Shown: positions 39,201-51,271 of the stretch, piece by piece
How positions within the stretch are numbered: position 1 is the stretch's first letter
Layout: every line of letters begins with the position of its first letter
NCBI RefSeq assembly: GCF_009834535.1
Contig: NC_045696.1
Span: 111,044,001 to 111,108,000, forward strand
Direction: 5' to 3'
Length of the DNA stretch: 64,000 nucleotides
Source: Camelus ferus
Lineage: Eukaryota
Notes under the pieces: model-generated
Database searches by the model: none
Told to the model about the DNA's origin: nothing
Seen by the model: the letters and a program-made list of their open reading frames with translations, nothing else
Position numbers and translations under genes: made by a program

Positions 39201-40299
39201 GGCTGATTCTAAAATATACAGAATTTACCTCCAGAGAGGAGTTCATCATTTGGAATGGAAGGTGGAGCTGGGGGTCCAAAAGGAGGTGAACAGAAATAAT
39301 AGAGGCAGGGAAGTGAAATGCTAAACACTTGAACTTGATGCTGGAATTCAGATTGAGGGGCGTGTGTATGTGTGTATGTGCGTGCGTGCAAATGCGTGTA
39401 AGTGTACACATGTGTGTTGGAAATGAGGATGTTGAAGACGGGAGAACTAGACATGGTGATAAAACCTTCTCAAGGCAGGCCTCTGTCTCAGAAACAAATT
39501 TAAGAATGTTTACTACCAAAGATCAATACGAAGTGAATATGAAAGAGGTAGACACATAGCTCAGATAAACTAATGTTTTTAAGTTGTTACTTATGTCCCT
39601 CAACATCTTAGAGAATGCATATTGCTATTTCAAAAAAGAGAGTTATTCTATTGACAAATCACATTAGGCATATGTCTACATTAACCTTTCAGCCTTCTCT
39701 CATATCTGTGTGGGGAACAGTCTAATGCGACGACCGTCAGAGGAGATTCCCTAACTATGGGGGAGCAGCTGCCCGGATTGCAGGAACAAGTACCTTGCCC
39801 CCTTGTACAACTTGGTAGAGTAGACAGTCTTAAACGATGACCAACATCATCAGTTCGTGCCCAATCTCCAGTGGGCTCCTCCCATATGTTTCAAATTTAT
39901 ACACTTAACTTCTTGCTTTTCTATGGCTCATTTTTCATGTCCCCATAAGACCTTTTAACGTCCTTCCTTCTGACTACCTCACTGTTTGTTGCACTTGCAG
40001 AGTAAGCAGAAGAAGGTAAACGTCTAGTTAACTGATGGTGCGTTAGCTAAGAGCCTCTGTTGTAAAAATGGGCTTTGAGTTTTAATTTGCATGCCTGGTG
40101 TGGTCACTGATTTGGATTAACATCAAGGTCACCCAGGCTCCCCCCTGCTCCTGTCACAGTCACTCTGCTCTGTCTCCTCTTCTAATATGTCAACTTTGAA
40201 ACCACCTCATTTGTAAATGATCGGCTATTTACAAGCTGGCTTTCAGCCAAAAAACTATTTTATGCAGAAAAGCTGCACAGCATCGTGCTTAAACTGGAC

Positions 40300-40525
40300 A
40301 CTGCAATGAGGGTCCCTGAGTGCAGAATTCATGCTTCTCATTTCCTAGCTGTGAGACCTCGTGTAAATCCTTTAAACTCTTTGTGCCTTAGGGTCACGCT
40401 GTCAGATGGGGACAGTCATAGCACCCACTTTGTAAGTTTACTGTGGGGATTAAATGAGTAAATAGATCCAAAGCATCTGGAAGCACTCCAAGTGCGTAAT
40501 TAGCGCTAGATAAATGTTTGTGATC
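40300..40525 (+). mobile_element. MIR fragment
   Basis: ctagctgtgagacctc...tttaaactctttgtgcctt...ggattaaatgag. Confidence 0.7.
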
Positions 40526-41580
40526 ATCAGCCTTATTTTATGAGTGCAGGGGCTGACACAGGTTGCATGGAGAATGTAAACGTCAGGCTGAAAGAGAGAT
40601 GCGCTGGAGTTTCTCTCGGCCCAGCGCTCTAGACCCCGAGGCCAGCAGTCAACGAGAGTCAGCTGTGGGCTTAGTTTCACTCCGTTAGAATGAAAAATGT
40701 GCAGGAATTATTTTAATTTGGCCTGAATCCCCATATCCTTCCAACTGTGCCCCTTTTCTACACTCAAAGCTCTCTTGACTCAGAAAGTAAAAACCCAGCA
40801 ACTGTAAGAGCAACTAGAAGTCAGCTGTGTCCAAGGAAAGAACAGGAGAGAAGTGGCCAAAGAACGGGGGCTGAGTGGCCAGAAATACGTCCATCCGGCT
40901 CTCTGAGCGCCATGTTCTGAGGCCCCGAGAGACAGTCCTGGGCGGCATTTTCTTCATGATTCACTGGGAAGTTGAGTCTATGATGCTATGTTCTCTGGAC
41001 ACAGGTTCTTTTGGAATTTAGTTCTCACAGCATTAACCAGGTTCTAAATTGTGAATTACCCTGAATCAACTGGCAATGGGTAAGTATACAATAATCATTC
41101 TTGTTCTCTGAGAGCTGGGTCTAACATTTCTGCCCCCTTCTGAGGTTTGCCCGTGTGGGCCGTTTGGGGGTGGGAATCCAGGCATGCCATCTGGCCAGCC
41201 CCTCTTTCTTTCATTCTTCTGTAGTGGGGTTCTCTTCCATTGTGTTGTGTGTTGCATCTGCTTGGTGGGTGAACGCTGAGCCCAGCCAGTACCTCCCCGC
41301 TCTGGTGCAAATGCCACCTCATTGTCATGTTTAGCAGACAGGGGCTACTGTTCTAGGACCAGGAGTCCAGGCCGCCTAATCCTGATCACACAGATGGTAT
41401 GTGGGCATGATTCAAAAGTTGTGAGTTGCAGTAAAACAGATACATCATCTCTTCCAGGACTATTCAAAAGAACTTTGTGTTAAGGATGAAAATGATTGAA
41501 ATTATGTGCTATCAAGACTGTAGCCAGTAATCACAAGTGGCACTTTAAACTTGGCTAGTGTTACTGAGAAAGCGAATTTT

Positions 41581-42220
41581 TTTTAACATTTTTTATTGAG
41601 TTATAGTCATTTAACAATGTTGTGTCAAATTCCAGTGTAGAGCACAATTTTTCAGTTATACATGAACATACATATATTCACTGTCACATTTTTTTTTCTC
41701 TGTGAGCTATCGTAAGATCTTGTATATATTGCCCTGTGCTGTACAGTATAATCTTGTTTATCTACTCTATGTATGCCTGTCAGTATCTAAAATTTTGAAC
41801 TCCCAGTCTGTCCCTTCCCATTCCCCTCCCCCTTGGCAACCACAAGTTTGTATTCTATGTCTATGAGTCTGTTTCTGTTTTGTATTTATGTTTTTTTATG
41901 GTTTGTTTTTTTTTTTTTTTTTTAGATTCCACATATGAGTGATCTCATATGGTATTTTTCTTTCTCTTTCTGGCTTACTTCACTTAGAATTACATTCTCC
42001 AGGAACATCCGTGTTGCTACAAATGGCGTTATGTTGTTGGTTTTTATGGCTGAATAGTATTCCATTGTATAAAGATATCACATCTTCTTTATCCAGTCAT
42101 CCATTGATGGACATTTAGGCTGTCTCCATGTCTTGGCTATTGTAAATAGTGCTGCTATGAACATTGGGGTGCAGGTGTCATTTTGAAGTAGGGTTCCTTC
42201 TGGGTATATGCCCAGGAGCA
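41581..42220 (-). mobile_element. Young 5'-truncated L1 3' end inserted in a MER3/MER33-like hAT remnant (about 41505-42280)
   Basis: Closely similar to 7215-7870; TSD gagaaagcgaatttt (41566-41580) / gagaaagtgaatttt (42221-42235), differing by one CpG transition. Confidence 0.95.
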
Positions 42221-42284
42221 GAGAAAGTGAATTTTGATCTAATTCACACATACTTAGGGACTAACATACTGGATGATGCAGAAG

Positions 42285-42415
42285 TCTTTATTTTATAGAG
42301 GAGAAAGCTAAGGCTCAGAGAGGGAAAGTGAGTTGCCTAAAGTCACAGAGTTGGTGCAGAGCAGAGCTGGGACAAGAGCTTGAGTTCACACACTTCCAGC
42401 TGAGCACTTTCCCAT
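42285..42415 (-). mobile_element. MIR fragment
   Basis: ttttatagaggagaaagctaaggctcagagagggaaagtgagttgcctaaagtcacag. Confidence 0.8.
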
Positions 42416-43169
42416 TTATCGTCCTGAAGCCAGGAACACAGTTTTGCTGGCCTCTGGGTGGTTTCTTTTGAGAACATTAGTATTCATTGAAAGCTTTGTT
42501 TTAAAACACTGGAAATTGGCACTCAAGTAGAGTGCAGCTAAGGGCTCCAGTCTGAGAAGATTTTCTGCTGCTCAGTGGAGAAGTCCACAATAAATAAATA
42601 AGTAAATAAATAATTTAAAAGATTCCTCCCTGTGATTAGATGCACATCCACCAAAAGGTGGAATATTTCTCAGTTTCCCAGCTCTCCGGGACACCAAAAC
42701 CATTATTCAGGGTCCTTGCTCCTGAAATTTGGGCCCCTGCATTGTCCTGATAAGTTGATCAGAATTGCGATGCACTAGGGTAGTCACAATTTACGCCTTT
42801 CCCCCCTTGCTTCTTGTTTGTTTGATGACACAGCACAGAGGGTCCCCACAACAAAATCAACCACAGCCCCGCACTTTCTGTTTTTTTGAATAATGTTTTC
42901 TTCCTGGGAAAACTTTATAGCCAAACTTATTTTTTTTTTCTCTGCACACAGTAAGTACTTGGTAATGCACTTTTAAACATTAGACTCAAATGATTATTCT
43001 GCATATGTTTTCATCTCTTTCTAGGATTAGGGGTGTATGGGGAATAGCAAACCTGCCCTGTGGAATTTCTCTCTCAACCAACAGGTCCTTAGCACCATAA
43101 CAGACTTGGATGGTATCCCTCACATCATACCAGATGGTATGTTTTGCAAAGATCAACATATAAGGAGCC

Positions 43170-43510
43170 CTTCAATAGGCATAAAGTTTTAGTTATACAA
43201 GATGAGTAAGTTCTAGAGATCTTCTGTACAGTTGATGCTATACTGTGCACTTAGAAAGTTAAGAGAGTAGCTGGTGCCGAGTTTCTTACCTCCCCCTACA
43301 CACACAAAACAAAAAACCACGGGACTCAAAGGAAACTCTGGAGATGATGGTTATGTCTATTCTTTGATTGTGGTAATGATTTCACAGGGTATATGTATAT
43401 GTACAAACTGTGAACATTAAATCAAGTATTCATTAACATCAAATTGTATACATTAAATATGTGTAAATTTTAAATATCAATTCACCTCGATACAATTATT
43501 TTTTTAAAAG
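43170..43510 (+). mobile_element. Older L1 3' UTR fragments
   Basis: ggcataaagttttagttatacaagatgagtaagttctagagatct and ggagatgatggttatgtctatt...tgattgtggtaatgatttcacaggg. Confidence 0.75.
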
Positions 43511-45814
43511 AATCTGAAAAGAATGCAGCAAGGTAATGACTCGCTGTTTAAAAGGAAACAGAGTCACTTTTCAGTTAAAAAGATGCAAATATTTCTGTCC
43601 CTTTTAGGTGTGAAGGGTAGAATGTTTTTCCTCAAAGGTGCATATTTATATACACGAGTCTGTGTTTCTGATCTGCAAAGTCAGGACAGGAGTTTCCTTC
43701 CTGCTTATAATCTCCGATTCAGATTCAGTGGTAAAAACTGTTATCTAATGAAGGGGTGAATGGCTGATACCACAGCCCCAAGGATCACTTCACTGGGCCA
43801 GTGATGACTCAGAGTTCTTCATGGACCGACTACCTGGATGAAACAGATTCAATGTTGAACTTAATGGGATGTTGTGGAAATGCTGCGCACACAGACAGTG
43901 AACCAGATGGCTGAGTAGGTTCTGGATAATTTCTGCATGGATAAGCAGTGGAAATAATTGGAGCAACAAGCTCTCTCTTTTCTGTAACCCAGCATGTGGT
44001 GTCAACATGACAGTCAGTATGTTCTAGACAGTAGGTCCCGCGATCTCTGAAGCAAAGTAGGCATTACGGAGTTAGGCGTCAGTCAGGCTTGGGTCTGAAC
44101 ACCTCTGGTGTAATTGTGGGCTCTTGGGCAAGTGGCTTACCTTTCTTAGTTTCTGTTTTCTCACCTTTAATATGCAGGTAACAGTATTCAGCTTGAAAGT
44201 ATTCACCTTATAAAATATAAATATAGATATACAGATCTATCAGTATGGGACTTGACATGCCACCAAAACACGGGCCACATTACAAGGTGGAAATATCTAA
44301 ATTATTCTTAAAATTAAGAACTAGCTTATATAAAAACTTATAACATTCACTGGCATTTATTCAAACTCTGGGCTTCATCTCCTTGTTCCCCCAGAACTTT
44401 CCAGCCTGTGGGCACAGAAGAGGAAAGTAACAGGAATGTTCAAATTCAAATTCCCCAGCTCTTTGCCCCTTCTGCTCAGGCCCTGAGAAACACAGATTTC
44501 TCAGAGCCCTCTGGGGAGAGCCACGCACTCTGGAAGGAGTCTGCACCCTCAGGCATCTTCTGGAATCTGCCATGTACACCAGACTCAGGAGCACTTGGAA
44601 TGACATGGCTGACATGATATGACAAAGCTTAGGCTATCTTTAATATGTGGATAAAAATAATACCGTATGTTCCATCAAAGGTGCTTGAATAGATGAAAAA
44701 TAATCACATAGTCAAATCATTTTGGAATACAGTTTTACAGATGACACACTTTGTTCCTCATCTGCTGTGCTCTCCCGAGGGGATGACACTGCCTCCTGTT
44801 AGAATCACCTGCTGTCTGTTCTCCTGAGCAGGGGAAGACGTGCTTATTCTTTTCTGTTACACATTGTTAGACAGAGCTTTTCAGAAAACAGCCACCCTTA
44901 CACGAGGCTCACATAAGCACACACACATACACACACACACACACGCTTGCACATATATATATAATCCCTCCAGGGTCACTACACATACATGTGATTTAAT
45001 GCTCAGTCCTAAGTGGTGCCATTCTCACAGATGATGATGTGAATGGAACCCCCTGGGTTGTGCAGTGCACAACCTGCCCAACTGTGCATGGGCTTCTGCA
45101 CAGGGGAATGGACAGCAAGATCACCTCTCCTTTCCAGGATGTGCCCCCTGGTACCTGTACACAGTCTTCTTCAGAATAGTCTCTTCCAAGTAGAAATCAG
45201 CCCATGAAAATAGATTCAGAAGGTTATTTGACATCTTCAGTTCATCAATGGACACAGACGAGTCTCACTACCTTCCTCTATCAGTAGACAGTATGAAACA
45301 AATTCCTTCCCCTGCCACCAGAAGAGGGACTTCAGCTGGCAATTCACAGCTGAATGTAGCTCGTAGGTTTGTCTTGTTTTGTCAACACAATGTGTTAGGA
45401 ACTTGGAAACTGAATTTCTTAAAGCAGGGCTTCATTTTCACATTTCACCTGTACCCAAACTCACTATTATCTTATTCCATGTGCATTTCTTTTTTCCCTG
45501 GTAATTGGGAGAATAGAACTTGATCTATGGGGTCATTTGCTTCATTGTAATATTCGATAAAATAAGAATGGTCACATAACATTTGATCAAAGTTCCAGCT
45601 TTAAAAGTCTAAGCTTTTATAAACTTGACCTTTGGAAATTTTCTTCTCATGTTCAGCGCTGGATTTATATTCAAAAGTGTCTCCCTTCAAAGGGTTTAGA
45701 ATATACCAGAATTTTCCAATCTCCAGTAGTGTTGTAGGATAGTAAATCACAATGAAATTTTTTTACAAGACTACTATTTAGTTTGTACTTAGTAAGGAAG
45801 AAAAAAAGAATAAC

Positions 45815-46250
45815 TAATCTGTATTGAGCACACATTGTATGTCAGATCTTTTATTATCATATTTAATCTATGAAATCATCCTGCGAGTACAATCTTGTCC
45901 CCATTTTACATGAAAGAAATCTAGTGAACAGAAAGTTTATGAATTTACTTAAGTTCACACATTAAATAAAAGATCACACATATAAACCTAGACAGCGTAA
46001 GTATGGAACCCTTACTCTTAATACTAAGAAACATCAGGCCTTATTTTTGTATGAGCCCATTTGTCTTCACAACGATCCTGTAAGGTCTGTATTACTGTAC
46101 GCATTTCATACATTAGGAAGCTAAAGTTTAGGAAAATTAAATAATGTATCCAAAATCCATATGTATATATCCATATATATATGATCCAGGATTGAAGCCG
46201 AAGTGCTTGATTCTAAAGTTTATGCTCTTGATCACAATGATATATTCCTT
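45815..46250 (-). mobile_element. Two adjacent MIR fragments
   Basis: ccccattttacatgaaagaaa and tcttcacaacgatcctgtaagg...aggaagctaaagttta. Confidence 0.65.
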
Positions 46251-46584
46251 CCTTAGTCTCTAGACTTCCGGAGTTTCAGTTTCAAGTCTGCTATTAACAA
46301 AACATAAGGAAAGGGCTCCCCGCTTCATCTGGGATCTGCTCTGACATACAGAACCAGAAGAGGAAAATATATTTCTTTGCTCTGCCTCCGTAAAACCATT
46401 CCACTGGACACGGGGCTATGGAGGAGTGCCTCTAAAGACAGTGAAAGAGTAAGTACATAAAGAATGTTTTCTGTTACATATGCCCGATGGAGCTGTACAG
46501 TAGGGAAAGCAGAGTATCTATTCAGAGTATAACAGATCTGGGTGTGAATCTCTTCTTAAACATTTACTAGCCATGTAAATGGTG

Positions 46585-46659
46585 GCAGTAGCGGCAGATG
46601 ACTTGATGGCCACAGCGTCCTCTGTTTACTGATACGGCAGGCGATGTTTTTCATTCACA
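46585..46659 (-). mobile_element. Truncated class I ERV LTR end within a MIR
   Basis: cttgatggccacagcgtcctctgtttactgatacggcaggcga...caca aligns by eye with 47853-47925. Confidence 0.75.
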
Positions 46660-46714
46660 CCTCTCCAAATTTTGGGTTCTATATCTACAATAATACTTTT
46701 AAACAAAACTCAGT

Positions 46715-47095
46715 TCCAATAAGGGGTATTTATTCTTGTGTTTACAGTCTAAACGTCCACTGTCGGTTGGCCGATTTGGAGTGGCTTTCCTTCAACTTGT
46801 GATCTGGGCTTGCCTCCTCACTGTGGATTAAACTCAGAATTCCTCTATATGGGTCAATTCTGGGGCCCAGGTAGAAGGCACAGAAGCTATCTTGGGAGGA
46901 ACCTCTTCACAAGGTAACGGAAGAGGCAGAGGAAGGCATGCCCAACGTCACAAACTTGATCCATGCCTTTGTTTGCCTCATAGACACTAGACATTCCATT
47001 GACCAGAGCAAGTCACATGACCAACCCTAGCATTGATAGAAGTGAGAAAATATACAAGGATGATTTAAATACTTGACTAATAATTGAAACAATCA
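46715..47095 (-). mobile_element. Old MLT1 LTR
   Basis: acattccattgaccagagcaagtcacatgaccaaccc is a typical antisense MLT1 motif. Confidence 0.65.
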
Positions 47096-47477
47096 CGAGT
47101 TCCTTTTACATAAAATGGGAATAAGAGTGACTTTAAAGAGATGTGATGATAGAATGCAATGACATACTTCCATCGGTTTGTAAGGTATGAAGAACTATCT
47201 AAAAGTAAAGTATTGTAATTATTTTTTCAAAGAGAGGCATTGATAGCCAGCAGAATGTGTTTCCATCTTGAGAGAATTTGCTATTTTCCAAAACAATAGG
47301 CCAGCTCTTGCCCAGGGGATGATACCTGCTGAGCCCTTTAAAGAAACTGGTGAAAATGTCATTTGCAGACAATAGACTGTGTCTGCCAGGCTTGGCATTT
47401 TGATAGCTATTTTAATGTCTTGGGCAATTAAATGCTGGCAGTAAATATTCACACATTTCAGTGAAATGACTAGGTGA

Positions 47478-47925
47478 TGTGAGATTTTTGAATTAACATT
47501 AGTTTAGGAGGCAGGGAGTCAAATCTGATGACAAACGTTGGTAAACTAAGGGTGCCATGGAAATAGCTGAAAGATGAAGACTTATAATCAAATAAAGTAA
47601 GTCAAGTAGGGAAGGCAGAATAGTGGGAATAATTCACACCTTTCTTCATAAATCAAATGGCAAGGGCTCTCTTCTGTGCTCCAGACCAAATTCTTCAAAC
47701 CATTATCCTGCTGGGTTATGGTGTATGCCAACCGAAAAAAAATGAGTCTGAGTTTTTTGAAATAATTCCTTTAATATGTATCTTCACTATCCAGGACCAG
47801 TAGCCTGTTTTTCTCCATCCTGAGCTCTCCCCAGGGTGCACTGTCGGGAGCTGCAGTGGCTAATGGCTTGATGGCCACAACATCCTTTGCTTACTGAAAT
47901 GGCAGGCAACATTGTTCTGTCCACA
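47478..47925 (-). mobile_element. Class I ERV 3' LTR
   Basis: TG...CA termini (tgtgaga...tccaca); on the minus strand the LTR is immediately preceded by the polypurine tract aagaggaggtgc (47926-47937). Confidence 0.8.
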
Positions 47926-48249
47926 GCACCTCCTCTTGGTCAGAACTTGGACCCAGGTTTGGGAGGCATTTCGTGACCAATTTTGTCCCAGAACACTAAG
48001 AAGCTTTACTCCTAGATCAAGTTGATAGGCCACGCAACATGTTGCTTTTTGGACCAGGTTCTGTTGATAATCTAAAATTCTCTGGGTTGCCTGTTTTAAT
48101 AGTCTATTATGATCCAGGAAATGTTTTCTTGTTGCTTCTTCCCATATCTGGAGTTGCACTATGACAATTATTCTATGTAGATCTATATATATATATATAT
48201 ATATATATTCAAGACATTAAGCCATCATTAATTTTGTTAGAGGTCTAGT

Positions 48250-48980
48250 TAAGCATTGGGTAATGCAAGGATATAATACAGCATATAAGCAATACAGCTA
48301 ATAATGTAGGGGCTTAAACCATGAACTTCTGGAACCAACTCAACTTCCTAAAAGATCACAAAGACTGGGAAGTGAATCACTTAAGGCAGAAATCTGATTT
48401 TTCATGTGTCATTAAAAGTGTAATATTGAAAGGTTTTTCTGGTATGGAAATACAGCAGTCAGTATGAATTTTGGCACAGGTGCTTCCTTGAGATGCTCTA
48501 AAGCTATCAAAGTCTTTGTAATTTTGCAACACATCTTTCTTCATCACAGAGACATCAGAATTCAGTAGGCTAACAGCCTGGTTACCATCACTTACACTCT
48601 TTTGGGTGAATTCTGTTAAGGCTTTGATGTGAGCAATTACATCTTCCAATTCTACTGAAGGTACAAAAATATCTGCTAAATAGTCATACTGATGGAATGC
48701 AGATCCCTTGGTCCATTGGGCTCATATTAACGGCAAATTTGCTGGAGTCGTATCTAAAATGGCACTCAAGCGGCCTTGAGTCCAGGAGAATCCTCAAGTA
48801 CGTCTTTCTGTTCACCCTGGTGGAAGCCAGGGCCATAGATTGGTGCCTCAAAATCATTGAGTTCCATTAGGTGCAACCCAGTATATTTCTGGTCACCTGA
48901 CCCAATATGTTCCATATCAATCACCATCTTTAAGGGAAATGAGGTATTGGCATCTTTCATAAGACATATTTTCTAGTGTT
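48250..48980 (-). pseudogene. env: ERV env remnant (SU C-terminus and TM ectodomain, gamma-type)
   Basis: ORF 48377-48649 has a heptad repeat, a degenerate immunosuppressive domain (VLQNYKDFD) and CX6CC (CAKIHTDCC). Upstream sequence reads YWVAPNGTQ*F*GTNLWPWLPPG* with stops. Confidence 0.9.
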
Positions 48981-49049
48981 ATTAGGCTCATTATCTTTAG
49001 TATAATTTAATTTAACATGGTGGCCCTATTCTTGTTTAGCTTGGTATTC

Positions 49050-50470
49050 TGATCTGAAATCCAGTTTGTCCTCAAAATCTGTCTTCATTTTTCTACAGTC
49101 CCTTTTCCAATGATCTGTTTGGTTTTTGTTTTTTTTGTTTGGTTTTTGTTTTTTTATTTGGTTAGTTGGTTTTTACAGTAAAAACAAAGTCTAGTTTCCT
49201 TTGTCAGTCGTGGATTGAACACAGGTTAGTTCATCATTGACCTTAATTACTTAATTGGCACAAGTGAAGGTTCATAGTTTTTATAGATGCATTTCTCTCC
49301 TTTCTTTTAATGATTTTGGGAAGTTGGTCAGCCAGTGAGATAGGGGCATTTGTACGTAACGTAGACCAATCTAAATCATGTCTGTTAACTAGAGTAGCAG
49401 ATTCCTGGTCTGTACCTTCTAAAAAGGCAGAGTTAAGCAAGAGACCATTTTGGTGGTGAGATAATGATTCACATGTCATGCCAGAATATTGTTTGAAAGT
49501 TTTCTTGACCCCTTCATCATACTCCAGAATTGATTCATCTGGTCTTTATTTACTGTACTGAATCTTTGACCCGTCTATGTTTTTGTTTGGAAAAAGCTCT
49601 AGGGTAAATCTGAATAATTTGTGAGCTAATTCCTTGCATTCAACCTGAGCCTGTGAACTATGTAAGTCAAAATCCATTAAGGGCTTTTCAATCCTGCCTT
49701 CTCTATCCATTCATTTGCCTTATTTTCAGAAACTAACAGTTGTACTAACTGATATAGATTTGAAAACCTGGGCTCATAGGTTCAGATAGATAACCAGAAT
49801 TCCTTAGCAAATCCCAGTGGGTCTTGGCTAGGATGGAGAAATTCCTTAGCTAAAGCTCTAAGTTCTGCTCAGGTTTAGGATGTACATGCACCAAGGGTGG
49901 TTGGCTTCTTCCTGTAATAGGTTTCTCTCTAAAGGAAGCTATGATTACTTCTGATTTTATGTCCTCTTTTACTGGAGGAAGGGAAGCAGCAAGAGGTGCA
50001 GGGAGGGAAGAGAGAAAGAGACAGCGTCTGGGTTAGGCAGTTCAGATGAAAGAGAATATAAAGGAGGAGAAGAGGGAGATACAGGGCTTACACTGGTGGC
50101 CTTTTTAAATTTTGATTTCATTTTAAGCCATGTTTTGTTGGTTTCCTGCAAAGAAGTTACTATATCATTACCTCTTTTAGAAACTTCTAAATACTGATCA
50201 AAATAAGCATTCCATTCGGTCTGTTTGATCTCACAGCTGGCTTTATCTAGCTGTGTACACACAAAAAACTAGTTTTGGAATATCAAAAGAACCCCAGTTT
50301 GGCTGTTTTAGGTTGAGATCTCCTTTAGTATAATTTCCCACATCAAGTAAGTATTTGAAACTATAAATTTCATATGCATTGTTCATGAACCCGGCTGGGA
50401 TGTTAGTCGGAGGTTGGCAATCTGTCATTCCTTTCTCAGTTTTGTTTTGAAAGCTTTGTTCACAATTCTG
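49050..50470 (-). pseudogene. gag: ERV gag remnant (matrix, capsid, nucleocapsid)
   Basis: Matrix-like PAGFM...PNWGSFDIPKLVF; Pro/Ser-rich PSSPPLY; capsid-like AELRALAKEFLHPSQDPLGFAKEF; split zinc knuckle CFYCK...DHWKRDC; stops and frameshifts present. Confidence 0.85.
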
Positions 50471-50497
50471 AAGTTGGTTTGTCAATATGAAATTGTA

Positions 50498-51271
50498 GTG
50501 CAGGTGTCTTTTTGAATTTAGGTTCCCTCTGGATATATGCCCAGGAGTGGATTGTTGGATCACATGGTAAGTCTATTTTTAGTTTTTTGAGGAATGTCCA
50601 TAGCCCTGTTTTCCATAAGGGCTGTCCCCAACTACATTCTCACCAATAGCGTAGGAGGGTTCCCTTTTCTCCACACCCTCTCCAACATTTATTGTTTGTG
50701 GACTTTTGAATGATGGCCATTCTGACTGGTGTGAGGTGATACCTCATTGGAGTTTTGATTTGCATTGCTCTGATAATTGGTGATACTGAGTATTTTTTCA
50801 TGTGCCTATTGGCCTTTTGTATGTCCTCATTGGAGAATTGCTTGTTTAGGTTTTTCTGCCCATTTTTGGATTGGTTGTTTTTTTGTTTGTTTTGTTATTA
50901 AGTTTAATGAGCTATTTATATATTCTGGAAATTAAGCCCGTGTCAGTTTCATCTTTTGCAAATACTTTCTCCAATTCCGTAGGTTGTCTTTTTGTTTTAC
51001 TTAAGGTTTCCTTTGCTGTGCAAAAGCTTGTAAGTTTAATTAGGCCCCATTTGGTTATTTTTGCTTTTATTTCTACTGCTTGGGTAGACTGCCCTAGGAG
51101 AACATTGCTGAGATGTATGTGAGATAATGTTTTGCCTGTTTTCTTCTGAAAGGTTTATAGTGTCTTGTCTTATTTTAAGTCTCTAAGCCATTTTGAGTTT
51201 ATTTTTGTCTATGGTGTGAGGGAGTGCTCTAACTTCATTGATTTACATGCAGCTGTCCAGCTTCCCCAACA
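50498..51271 (-). mobile_element. L1 ORF2 C-terminal segment lacking 3' UTR and poly-A
   Basis: Collinear with 7823-8592 of the young L1 (gtgcaggtgtc ... gctgtccag...ccaaca). Confidence 0.93.

Noticed and set aside
43005..43142. Possible spliced exon (pyrimidine tract-ctag ... atg/gtatgt)
   Set aside because: Splice-like motifs are common by chance; there is no recognisable coding content or partner exon, so it needs RNA-seq.
48377..48649. Domesticated syncytin-like env gene
   Set aside because: No signal peptide or SU N-terminus, several in-frame stops upstream, degenerate furin site and immunosuppressive domain, and the ORF ends before the membrane anchor.
48780..48890. APOBEC3 hypermutation of env
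   Set aside because: Only a few TGA stops in mixed contexts; neutral decay explains them.
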